Of a stretch of 64,000 bases of DNA, positions 51,544-64,000 are shown in pieces. A program made the translations under genes and the position numbers. Under the pieces are notes generated by a model. The model worked only from the letters and a program-made list of their open reading frames with translations. It made no database searches and was not told where the DNA came from. How positions within the stretch are numbered: position 1 is the first letter of the stretch; each line of letters begins with the position of its first letter. The stretch is from contig OZ059896.1 of NCBI GenBank assembly GCA_964057225.1, positions 8,928,001-8,992,000 of the forward strand. Direction: 5' to 3'. The stretch comes from Auanema rhodensis (Eukaryota; Animalia; Nematoda).

Positions 51544-54500
51544 GATGAAATATCTGAGTATCGGTGAGTATGTCTGTCTTCTGTGCAGCTATGCATATTC
51601 TATGATTAGAAATGAAGGAAAGAAATGGAAAGGAGAGTAGCCTTTCGACAGGACGATAAGAGAATAAAATGGAGTTGGACTAAGCCTACTGGCAGATGAG
51701 AAAAGTTGTGTGAATACGAAAGGAGGATGATGGTTTAATCTTGAGCAACATCACCTCAACCGCTTTCACATGAAAAGAAAACGGAGCTGCAGGCATAACC
51801 ATCGTTTATAAAAAGCTTTGCTCTTGGCGCATAGTGAAAACAAGATATAGATTAGCAGCGTTTTTGAAAAAAATATTCAATTTAGGATGAAAGATCATAA
51901 ACTATTTCAAAGTTAAGGCAATGGTAAGTTAATAGTGAGCAAATGAGTTAACTGCTCAGAGGAATACAGAAAAGGTCGTACATCGTCCTTTATTTCGACG
52001 TTGCTCACCCTTTTACTCATCTGCCGTTCTTTGCCTCTGGACTATGCTCCTTCTTGCCTCCTCCCACTCTGCTTTCACCTGACCACGCCCCTTTCAGAGG
52101 CCCAACATCAGAGGCCTGCCAGCTATCCCATCAACATCATATCCAAACCATTCAGTCTCAGCGATCTCAGCAGCAGCAGTAGCTGCAGCCGCGAGTCAAC
52201 AGCAGGCCAACACCTGCAGGCCACGCCCACTTATTACCGTATACGGTAAAGGCTGTCGATATGCAACATTGGAGGACAAACGTAAAATAAAAGTGAAATT
52301 TCGAAGGTATTGGATGAAAAAAAAAGTTAATAATTGATAATTTAATATAAAAAGAGAATAAACATAAAAAAGAAGATTAAAGGTTATAAAAGTTTGAGTA
52401 AAAATGAATAAAACTTGAATTATTAGTATTTTTTGAAAATGTATAAATGAGAAATGTGAATGTTTTATGAAATTATCTTATAAGATTATTTGAGAGAAAA
52501 TATAATTATTTTCTTTTTAAATAAATTGAATATATAAAGAAGTTAATGAACGAAGAACTGTTGAAAGACTCAAATCTTCAGCTGAAGAGGATTCTGATCC
52601 GAGAAAAAAATTTGAAAAAAAAGAGATTAAAGACCTATAAGTCAAATTTCTTAAAAAGGAAGAACAACGATGTTGAGTGATAACCAGATGACGCTCCTAT
52701 CGATAGGTTCAGAAGGCGACGAACAGCTGGTCAACAACCATCTGGATACCCAGATCACCGGATTCAGAACAAGGAAGATAGTTGGAAGATGTAAGAGACC
52801 ATCAGAAAGGGAGACGTGTGGAGGCAAATGAACCATATAAGGAGGTGGAGGCACAAATGGCCAATAAGGCAAAGCTTATATGAGCATATGAAATAGATTG
52901 GCCGCAGGGGGTAGTAAGGGTATAAGAGAGAGCGAGAGAGTTAGAATCAGCATGAGAGCTAGACAAGGATAGAAAGAAAGAAAGGAAAAAGAAAATAAAA
53001 GGAGAAAGAAGATGAGCGGAGAAGACAGAAGACGGCTTAAAGGGCTAGTGTCGTCTTGAGCTTTCCTTATATGCATGAGATTCTCTCGCTTGTCTCAGGT
53101 TTCTTATTATCTGCTTCTGCTTCTCCTATCGTCTTCCCCCGTAAGCGGAAATGGGCAAAGGCAATGAGCCAGGGGCGTTGAAGAAGCTGCAGACTGCTTC
53201 ATGAGTGAAACAACGACAGAGAAATGACGTGAAGTAGACGTGAGTTTCACGGATGGAGTGTTGGAAAAAGGAAAAAGAAACTTGCAGCATGTAGAGAGAA
53301 GAGTAGTAGTATAAATATGTGTAGATGAGTATTTTCGATTGTTATAATTAACTATCCAGGCGACATCATTCATGCAGTGTGGTCGATTAACTCAAATTTG
53401 CTTATAGGAAGACGAATCAACAGTGAGTAAGTAATCTGGAAAAGTGAAAATCAGAACAGAGTCAATCAGGAGATGCAAAAGGAGGAAGTAATTTACAAGA
53501 AAACAAGATATAAATTATAAAGAAAATGAAAAAGTAATTATAAACAAATCAAAAGGTTGTAGAGCAAAGTTGGTTATGACGTATGATGTTATGCTCAGAT
53601 TAGTCCGATGACTTTACAAGTTCAATCAAACTTCATCAAGGTTTGAAATACTTTAAGATATAAATGAAGACATTGCCAATCATAATAGTATAAGTATATT
53701 CATATAGTTAAGCAATAAACATTTGAAATTGAAACTTCATAAAAGTAAAAAAGAAACAATTAGTTAAAGCAGATTCGTAGCAAGCTGGACGTTAAGAAGA
53801 ACGACAGCAAAATTTGACGACAAAACGCACGTTTTGCCCCCGGGGGCTCACTCCTCCCCGTCGCCTTGGTGGTCTTCCTCTTGCAAAGCAAAGCACGTCT
53901 CAAGACCACATCTGGAAGACTGGTAGCAACAGCTACAATAGATCAAGATCTTGAATGATAACTTGAAGAGAATCAGAGAGGCAGAGAGAATCAGAAGTAA
54001 CTTGTGAGCGGTGGAAGACGAGAACGTCGACACACAGGACATTCTAGACTAACCATAGCTGGTTAAGGCTGTATCTAGGCGTTAGTTGTAGAGGAAATTC
54101 AAGGAAAATCTCTCGTTATCTCTTCCTCTCTCTCATGTTCTGTATCTTGAAGTCGAAACAACTACTGCTATCCTACTCCTGTTCACAAAGTAGATGGGAG
54201 ATAACCAACCTGTCCAAACTTTTCTATCTTTCTCACTCCCTTCCTCGACATGCAGCCGAAATGGTCAGGATCTGAACATACTTACATAGATGTATGTCTC
54301 TTGTATTCTTCCTTTTTCTTTTAATTCATTCACTATCTCGCATTTAGCCCTACGGCTACTATCCCGACTGAGACCATCAAACGTCAACGTGTACAGCAGG
54401 ATAGGCAGTCGAAACGAGACAAATATAATTGAAAAGGGAGAGTGAGTATGAGATGAAAAGAAAACGGATAGAGAATTCGAAAGACAGAGAATTTAACGAA

Positions 54501-55950
54501 ATTGCAATAAAGATATGTATTAACTATATGAAAATAGGAGAGAAATTAGAGAGGAATGACAGGAACACTAAATTTCTCGTATCCGTGTAAACAACAACTA
54601 CCAAAGTAACGACTTGAATCTACCTCCTGTATGTAATGTTTAAGAGAGCAAAAGAGACAAGAATCAAACCATTTCATCTTATACAATCTATTCCAAACTT
54701 TGAAATGAAATGAAAATAAAGTTTTTCTTTTATATCGTCCTTAGAGGGATAGTGCAGGTTATCATTGATTATAATAACATGTACAACCGTTTTTTGCAAT
54801 GAAACTGTTTGGAAAATGACGTTTCAAGTTGTTTTACGTGAAATAACACGTGAAAGGTTGAATCACAACATCTCCAAATTTTTTGGAGACAAATCAAATT
54901 CATACTGTTAGTTGACCAAGTATAGCTCAGATTCACAATGTATGCAAGTATTGCTTGAATCTATTTTTCGTCCTATAAACATCTTTGCCTCGTTTTTTTC
55001 CTTGAATTGGAATCATTAACAGCTGGATCAGATGTAACTTGAACAAATTGCCCTCTCTGTAACGATCTGCCATTTCTTTCACAGGTGCACAGCCGGCTGT
55101 GTGTGCTGGTTATACCGTCATTCATGATGATGATGATGTGCGACTGATTTGTCTGGCACGGATGGTTGTGATAAAAAAAAAGATGAAAAGTCAAATGATA
55201 AAACGAAATTGGCTTATGGTTCTTGTTAAAGAACTCTAGCTGGTTTAAAATCCAAGACAACAGGTTAACAACAGGTTCCAACTTACTCTCGCTGTTGATG
55301 AGTCTCATTGGTATACGTATCTCCTTTCTCCGATTCTTCTTATCTTCTACTCTCTACTGTATCTCGTGTTCTCTTAATCTTTTGTATCTGGCCGAAGACT
55401 CATGGTCACGTCAATCTCTCGCTTGTTCGTTCGCTCACATGGTGCAGATACAAGGGGTTGATTTAGGTCTAATGCTGGTGGCCAAGAAAAGTGAGTAAGA
55501 ACGTGTGAAGGTCTCGTTTTATCGAAAACTAAACACAAAAACAAGTCGATGAAAAAGGAAACGATTATAATATACAAAACATCCATGAAGCAGATTTAGT
55601 TGAAGAGAGAGTTGTTGAAATGTTTCCGCGATCTATCCTTATGTATGGTATGTCACACTTACTGTCATTTGGTCACTAACGAACGGAGAATATAACTAAG
55701 ATAAAACTAAATGTCAAAGGAGAAGAAAACTTGTATTTAAGATATCCTGCTCTCTACTCATTCTCAATCATTTTACCGTTTTACTCTTTCTTGTTTGAAA
55801 TATTTTAATTGAATTTGAGATGAAAGAATTTTGTTAAAACTAACTATAATAGATAAGGATGATGATATGAAAAGTTAGAAAGATAATAACTAAAAGAGAA
55901 TCTTCTTCATTAGAGAATGATCAAGCCAGAAATATTATTGATGATTCTAT

Positions 55951-55983
<33 letters not shown>

Positions 55984-55996
55984 GGATGAGGATGAT
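55951..55996. repeat. (GAT)n microsatellite
   Basis: Direct reading. Confidence 0.9.
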
Positions 55997-56680
55997 ACAT
56001 CGTTTTCAATGTATATCAATATCGAAAACCGTGTGTAGCAGTCATCTGGACACAATGATTCGATGAGCCACAATGGATAGAGGATGTTTCGAAGACAAAA
56101 AATCGTTTGCCGACACCTGAAAATGAGAGCCAATCGAAATGAGACGAAGAAGAAGGCAATCAGATGAGCGAACATCTATTATTTTGTCTTCTGATTCGTA
56201 ACAAATCTTCTTTTACTGTCAGTTCTTTATAGTCAATTAAGAGAGAAATATGCTTTTAAATATATTTAAAGTCAACATGCTATTGAAAGGCATAATCAGA
56301 ATGGTTAAGTTGACTTCCAAACTTTTCAAACTTTTTGTGATTCTTCACAAGAATAAGTTTAAGAAAATTTCATATTTGAATGATGAGTTAGAAATGAAAC
56401 TTATTCTTCATAATTCTCTATATCATATTAAATTATCAGAAACAATATCATATGATACAGGATAATCAGATTAATACAATCATCTAATGAATCTTGGGGA
56501 AAAAAAGAGTACTTTTATGAGAACGATTGTCCGTTCGTCTAGACAATAACCTGCTTTTCATTACCAAACGTTTCCGGTTTTCTGTGAGTCTTTGTATAGT
56601 TTTGCCATAACTCTGAGAATCAACTGACCTAATTTGCTAATGATATAACAGTATAATTAAGGAACTATATATCCCCTCTA

Positions 56681-56716
<36 letters not shown>

Positions 56717-59555
56717 AACGATATGTTTGCATACATCGCACTTTCTCTTCCTTTCTTTCTCTCTCTCTCTCTCTTTCTATCGTAGTATCTCCTTCTCTAT
56801 AGCTCTTTCGTCTTCATAAAGCAGATGAATGAATGTACATTGTTGTGAGTTTATGTTCACAGTTCATCGGTGTGTGAACCGAATTTGAGGTTGAAAAAAG
56901 TAAAAACGAAGTGAAGTTAATGAGGAAGAACGGGAATGAAGCGGATTTCATCTCATTTTTCTCACTCACTCTCGACGAGAAACAACAAAAACGGGAGAGG
57001 AGTTGATGACTTCAAGTGGTTAAACATAAAAACAAAGATCTAATGGACAAAATAGGTGCTTAACACCTTCGTGTTATTTGAATCTTAACTATATCATATA
57101 ATATTTAATATTGATCCTTGTATTAATAATGTTTCTTACTGTAAAACATAAAGAAGAAGAAGAGGATATACATATATGTATATATTCCTCATAACATCTT
57201 TCAATCCTGAAAATAGAAAAGTTTAAAATGGAACTGAAGAGGAAAAAGAACTTAAAGAAGAAAACGAGAACAATCGTTGAATGTTTTGTTTCACTAAATG
57301 AAAGTTTGAAAGCTTAAACGTTCAGTTGAAAATGAAACTTTTCCGTCAGAGAGCAAGTTGACGTAAGAACAAGTGATCATGAAGCAGATAAAAGGAAAAG
57401 AAATGACTATACGTATTCAGGAAGCAAAAAGTGGATAGATAGAAAGAAAGATAGATATAGAGATGGAAGAGCAAACGGAGCTGTAGCTGGTGCATGCATG
57501 CGGATCTATGGCTGTATGATAAACGACCCAATGTTATCGTAGAAGCGATCGAGAAATGACATAAGGTTGGAAAACGAAAAGCTGACGAAAGATATTGAAC
57601 TATGAAATGATTCTGAAAGACTCACCGTTCAAGAAAAAGTTAAGAGGCGATGTTTTTGGAGAGTTGTATACAGCTGGTATACTCAACAGATGAGAAGTAA
57701 AGGAAGAAAACGTGAAGAATGTGATAAAGAAGAGGCAAAAGGCAATTCTATGCTAAAGCAGGTGGTCCATCCAAAAAAAAGTTTTTGAAGATACAGCTTT
57801 CGCTCACTTTCGTATATGTCTGTGTCGGCTTCTGGTTACTCTACAATGAGAAGGACATATCCTTTTGAAGTCAATAAAACTGATTGAAAAGTGAAGAGAC
57901 AATATATTCTTTTAGTCAAAATGTATGGATTGTTTTCGCGCATTTCAACAAAATCTTGAGTTAGAGAGGTGTATTTGGAGAAAAATGCCAATAGAATCCG
58001 TTTGTACTGAATGAAATATATTTTTTGTGTTGGATTTGTTTCTTGTGATGTTGTGGCATAGACGAATTGAATGAAGCTCATGAACTAGGTCAGTCAGTGT
58101 ATTTGGCAGCTAATCAGACAACATCCACAAGCGGTGTTACTGCCTTTGATGACTGGGGGGTCGAAATCTATAAGCATTGAGCTAGGAAGTATAAGATGGA
58201 ATAGACAGCAAATGAGAGAAAAAGTAAAGAGGAGATAGCAGAGAGCAAATTGGCTTGAAGATGATCCACGTGAAGTAATTGGATTAGAGTCAAAATGGTC
58301 GAAATTAGAAGGAAACGGGAGATGAAAGCTAACGGAGAACTATCGTTGATGTGTAAGACATCAAGTTGCTAGTACTCTTTTAACATCTTATGAGACTTTT
58401 GATGTAAGTTGATATTGGCAAAAAGCCCATGAAATACCAACTAAGTATCATATATTATGAGTATCTACAAGTTGAAAAGACGATAATGCTCTCTTTTTTG
58501 CTTTTTAACGGCTTCATCTATTTCTCGTACTTTCGGTAGCACATCCTTAGCTCCCGTATATCATGGGACGTCCAACAGATCGTCAATGACGTTAATGGTT
58601 TAGAATTTACCGTTCCTCTGGGAGAATTATATTGCTATCTGAACGATGATGAAGCATCTTCTATGGGGGAGAAAGAGATAAATGGAATGAAGCAAGCGAT
58701 TGAGAAGAACAAGGAACAACAGAAAAAACTTGGAGAATTCTTATTCTTCTCTCTCGCTCTCTTAAATTTATATTTATTTTGCTCACTCTATCACGAGAGT
58801 AGGTAACACGAACAGCCTGATTTTGCTTGTAAAATCAGAAAAAAAAAAAAGAAAAACCGCAGTTTAGTATGCATTTGCTATGTTACATCTTAGATTCTCT
58901 CAAATTTTATTCCTATCTAATCTATCTGTCTCTCTTTCTGCCTGTGCAGTCATCCTTCTACGTCTTCAGTTTTCCTCTCCATCTCCTTCCTACTCTTTCC
59001 TAATGAGCCGACTCGCAGGTAGATCAAATTATGGCTATCGACCAAACGAGACTAACGAGAGTCGAGAGAGAGAGAAAGAGAGAGAGATGGACATAAGATT
59101 GAGAAGTTGTTAGGAAACAAGAATAGGGAGAGAATTTTGGCTAAACGAGAGGAAAGCATACAGGATACTAAAAGAAAACAAAAAGAAAGTGAGAAAAAGT
59201 AAGAGAGTAAAAGAGAGAAAAATAGATGAAAAGACTTTGGCCAAGATTTGAAGAAACTCTAGTTTTACATGGTATCTGTTTATTATGCTCATCATAAGGA
59301 TCCATCTCACTTAAAAGTAACACTAACAATCTTAAAACCCTTTGTTCAAGACTAAGACAGATAGGCTAAAAGATAACTATTTTTCATTTTTTTCCTCGTT
59401 TTTTTTAAAAGAAAACTTTTAAAATCAGATAATCTTACATATAAATGCCCCGTGAAATTAACGAGACAAGAATGAAAAATTTTGTTTTTTTTTCAATCCA
59501 ATTGTGGTCTGTCACATCACGTGTGAAGTAGATAGAGAGTGAAATGGATAGAGAG

Positions 59556-59592
<37 letters not shown>

Positions 59593-60765
59593 TAGAAAGA
59601 GTCTTGGATGATTCATTGCTATACACAGCCGTATGAGGAAAATGTCACGTAAAAACGTGAAGCAAATGCTTTTTACAATCAAATTGTCTCTCTCTATCTC
59701 TCTCGATCATAGTTATTCTTCAACATACTCTATACCTACAATATATTTCTTATACAAATCTCTAAACTGTACTTCTTCAACCGTGAAATGTTGAGCAAAA
59801 ATCAGAGAGGGAAAAGTTAAAAAAACTTTGTTATCTAATGAATGTAAATTGAAAAAAATGATTGCTAACTGTTAATTTGACATTAGTCAATTTCAATTTA
59901 ATCATGAATATCTTTTCCTTTTTTTTAATTTTTTTGTTCATCATCATTCAAGATTTTTTTATAAATTCAATGAAAAACAAGATTGTACTGAAAATAAGGA
60001 AATTAGGTGAGAAGGAATAAAAGTGATATGAGAGAAGAGACTAAGGAAAGGGAAGGGGGGATGAAAGAAAGGAAAAGAGGATAAGGAGGTAGTTGATGAT
60101 GAAATAGTAAAATATATATGTGAATCCAATGTACTATGTTATAACATACAAATGTAGATATTGAATTGTTTTCATAACCGGTAACAGTTGTATGGCTGGA
60201 AAAGTCCATTGTCAGTGTTTCTCATCTCATTAGATTCGCAAATTCAATATCTATCGTTGTTTCCTTCTTCAGATGACAATTTGGATGAACAAATGGCCGA
60301 AGAATGAAAGTGTTGCGAACGATAAAGAGGGGCGCAGGTGTGCGCGAAAACGAAGGAAGACATGCCAGATGCGCTATCGAACCTCATCGTTATGCTCTCT
60401 CTCACAATTTCTTCTATTCTCTCTGTCTGTTTCTCTCATCTGCTCCAGCATATACACACACGTATAACGATAGTATGCTTTTGAGATGAAGGAATTTTGA
60501 GGGGTTTCGTTAAAAAAAAAAGAAAAAAAAACGAAATAATTTGTGAAAAAAACACAAAATGAAAAATGAAAGTAACTCTATACATGATCTATACTCATAG
60601 GATATATGAGATAGAGATGGATTTTCAATTTGTTTTTTTTGCCAAAGAAGAGAAAACTTTTGATTTGAAAGGAATTCGGTACAGGTACTAACAAAGACCT
60701 ATCCTGTGAATGGATTCGAATTCTTTAACTGTTTCTCAATTGAAAATCCAAAAAGAAACGCAAAT

Positions 60766-60799
<34 letters not shown>

Positions 60800-63226
60800 A
60801 TTGTCTGACACATTGAGGTATAGGAAAAACAATGAAAAAGGCAACGATCTAACATAGAATGAGGCTCTTGCACAACGAAATTCTTTTACATGTCTTGTAT
60901 ACAATGTATAAAAAGAATTTTCATGTTATTTTACAAAAAGAAATAATAATTAAACAGAGCAGGTTATTTACGTGAAGGTGACAAAATGTTGGAAAATGTC
61001 ATAAAGATTCAATACAGCAGATATGATTCAGATTATCAAGAGTTCGATTAGCTAAATGATGGTTTTTAGTGTTAAAGGTGTAACAGACAATTTGGGGCTT
61101 CTGTTTCTTCTCAAAACATGATCGGAGATTATAGAATACGATAGGTAGATTGTGATTTCTTTCAATGTTTTCATTGCTGTTTTGCAGGATAAGAAGGGTT
61201 ATATATCCAAGCAAAACGAATGAAGGAATATTGGTCCGAAGCGACGCAAGGTGTTGGATTCATGTCACAAATCATTGAAAGACGAGAAATGAGATAAACT
61301 CATGCCAGATGCGAAACTGGCAAATTCGTTGATCGTCGTCATCTTCTTCTTCTTCTTTTTCATTTAGAACTTTTTTATATTTTTCTTCTTCCAAAATTAC
61401 TTTGAAACATTGAGTATTCACATGGTTATAGAAAACATAGTAAATAGTTATTGAGAATGAGATACTATAGCTCAGTGATACACAAGGTTACGGTAACCGG
61501 AATTGAGGTGCATGTTGATCACATAGTCACATAAAGATTTTTCAATATAGTATGTTGCATGATTTGTGTGTCAAGTTCATTAAAATAATAAATTTTAATA
61601 AAACTTTTGTGTCAATGTTTGAAATGCTGATGTTAGCAGATGCAGATAGGTGTCATCAAATCATCATCACCTGTCTATATGAAGCCAGAAGAGGTGATGA
61701 AGCCAGATGTGTGATACTTTCAAACGTCTTCATTTATATTTGAATGATAGAAACCTTGATATGATTCAGATTTAAATATATATTTAAGAAATAAGATGAC
61801 ATATGAAAGTATATTTCAACACATACAAGCTATACATAGAGTTTTGTTTGAGAATCAAAAGCAAAAGCTCTATGTAATTCAGATTTTTCATTCATTTAAC
61901 ATAAGATAAAGCTTTTTTCATATCTTTTCAATACATTAGAAGTATAATTACGTATTTGATATTGATATTTTCAAGCACTTATCTCTCCATATTTCTTTAT
62001 TTCTCACATATCGTTCAAATAGAACAGACGTCACAAATCCAATACAATACATTCGAGGATATTACCTTAATCTATTACCATCTGTGAACATCAGCTGTTT
62101 AGTAATGAGAAGAAGATGTAAAAGATCCAAATGAAGACACATTAGCCTATAAGACACACTATATAACATGTATTGAAGATGCTCTCAGTTTATATCCTAT
62201 TAAGGTCATTAGGGTCAAATCAGCATCTCATCTTACAAGGTAGTTAAGAGTCTGTTGGATATGTATAGCTTTCTGATGCGTTGCTCATTTTCCAATTAAC
62301 TATATGTATAAGAAGATGTATACGTATATACATAAGATTTCTAGGTTTTCAGAATGAATAGAAGAAGATCTCTGAAAGATACTTCTTCCAACTTCATCAT
62401 CATCATCATCATCATCATTTTCTTATTCACCATCATTCACTAATCATACCTTTGTTTCAATAGCTCTACAATATAAGAGCAGACAAGAAATTGAATGAAC
62501 AGACGGTTGTCTGTCAGTACTTTTTCCGTAATTGACCTATAGTTACCGTAATTGAGGTTATGTAGTACTCCAGGAGAGCAATAGCACATAACCACACCAT
62601 TTTTCTATCTTTCTCTCATAATTAGCCATAGTCTTACTATTTTTCTCCGTCATTGCCTCTCTCTACATCTAATTCACTTTTCTCTCTCTCTTGATGGAAT
62701 TGAGATAGAAGGTAGCAATTAGAGGTGCCAATAAGCCAATCAGATGAAACTGCCAGCTTGTGAGCAAAAATGGACAAGAAATGTCATACAAAGTGAAATG
62801 AGGGATCGTATACTTTCTAAATCTAAATAAATGACAGACATTCATCATATTGGCCATCCGGTTCATTATCTCTTTTTCATTTGCACCTCGAAATTACCTA
62901 GTAAAACGATTACAAAATGGGGGCTCATTGTGGTTAATGCTGTAATGTAGTAAAAAAGTTGTATTTGATTAAGTTTAGATTATAAGCTTATATGAATAAT
63001 ATTGTTTCAAACTGATCTTAATAGATCAAACTTCTTCTAACAGGTTTTATGATTCTCGTCAGGATATAAATAAACAGATGAATTGTAAGAAGCAATTAAG
63101 ATGTTCAGGATATAAAGTTCAGATGGTCAGGCTTAGATATTTGTTTATGTTAATGGTTGTGCACGTGTGACGACGAATGTCTTAGGTGTGACTACAAGAG
63201 AATGTATACGGCTTTTGTAATTGTAT

Positions 63227-63235
63227 AGAGAGATA

Positions 63236-63300
<65 letters not shown>
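63227..63300. repeat. (AG)n microsatellite, the longest in the window
   Basis: Direct reading. Confidence 0.95.
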
Positions 63301-64000
63301 GGGGGGAGGAAGCGCATATGAAGAAAAACCAGATGAATAACTGATGAAAAATCAGAAGGAAAAGAAAGGAAATAAGAGAAATTGAGAGTAAAGCAGCTGT
63401 GAAGGAGAAGACAGATCAGAAAATTTCGAGGCTTTTCTCGTTGTTCTTAAGACTATCTGACAGATGACCTTGGTTGCCTATCACCGTATGCTGATGACCA
63501 TATAAAGATATTATACATTTAGTTATAAATATAAGATTACAAATAAAATTTAATTGATATAATCGTTAAGGAAGGGAGGAGGGGGGTGGCAGATTTAAGA
63601 GAAAAAAAAGAAACAAAATACTCAAGTTTCTAGAGAATGCTTGATGAACAGTGACCACAAATGAGCTTTTCTGGAAAGATAAAAACTCAATGACATCAGA
63701 ACAAGGAAGAAGCACAATCAGCAGGCCGACCATGAACAAGCTTTAAGCGGGAAAGGACGGTTTTGATTTAAGTTCTCACATATAACGAGAGAATGAAATT
63801 GAACGTTTACGATGTTGAAGAGTGCTCATAATCGAACTGGCAGACAAAATTTCATCGACGGGCCAATTGCCGTTTCCTATCTGGTTAGATGCGAAGAGGT
63901 TAGTTAGACGTGTATCGTCTGAATAGAGACAATCAGATCAGATCAAGAGCCCGTAGAGCGTTTATTAGGTGAAAGGAGTACATACAAGAAAGGAAATGAA

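Larger units (their letters stand above)
47053..64000. other. Long non-coding upstream (cis-regulatory) region of zag-1
   Basis: No credible coding exons. Microsatellites are interspersed with GC-richer islands bearing E-boxes (CAGCTG, CACCTG, CATCTG) and TAATT cores. Confidence 0.6.

Overview
Eukaryotic, AT-rich nematode genomic DNA. The zag-1, itsn-1 and serpentine-receptor content points to a rhabditid/clade V-like species; the species cannot be determined from the sequence. There are three zones. (1) 1-9.8 kb is apparently non-coding and microsatellite-rich. (2) ~9.9-32.3 kb is a very compact gene cluster with ~39-50 nt introns: a small orphan gene (+), haspin kinase (+), an Srg-superfamily chemoreceptor (+), a BTB-domain protein (+), alpha-L-fucosidase (-), cdk-1 (+), intersectin (-) and SOSS-B/nabp-1 (-). 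(3) zag-1/ZEB (-, 34.5-47 kb) has long introns and >17 kb of upstream regulatory-like DNA. The main observation is that this intersectin retains a DH-PH-C2 long isoform. It is reached through a splice donor that overlaps the short-isoform stop codon, with three UGCAUG (RBFOX) elements before the long-form acceptor and a YxxP-rich linker. Other observations: micro-introns that appear to choose acceptors by distance, three GC-AG introns, loss of the CtBP-binding motif in ZAG-1, clustered ZEB-type sites, a recurrent TACGGTAA motif, three miRNA-family sites in the zag-1 3' UTR, a His8 tail on the fucosidase and a candidate H/ACA snoRNA. All gene models were spliced by hand and need RNA-seq confirmation; homology statements rest on recalled motifs, not database searches.
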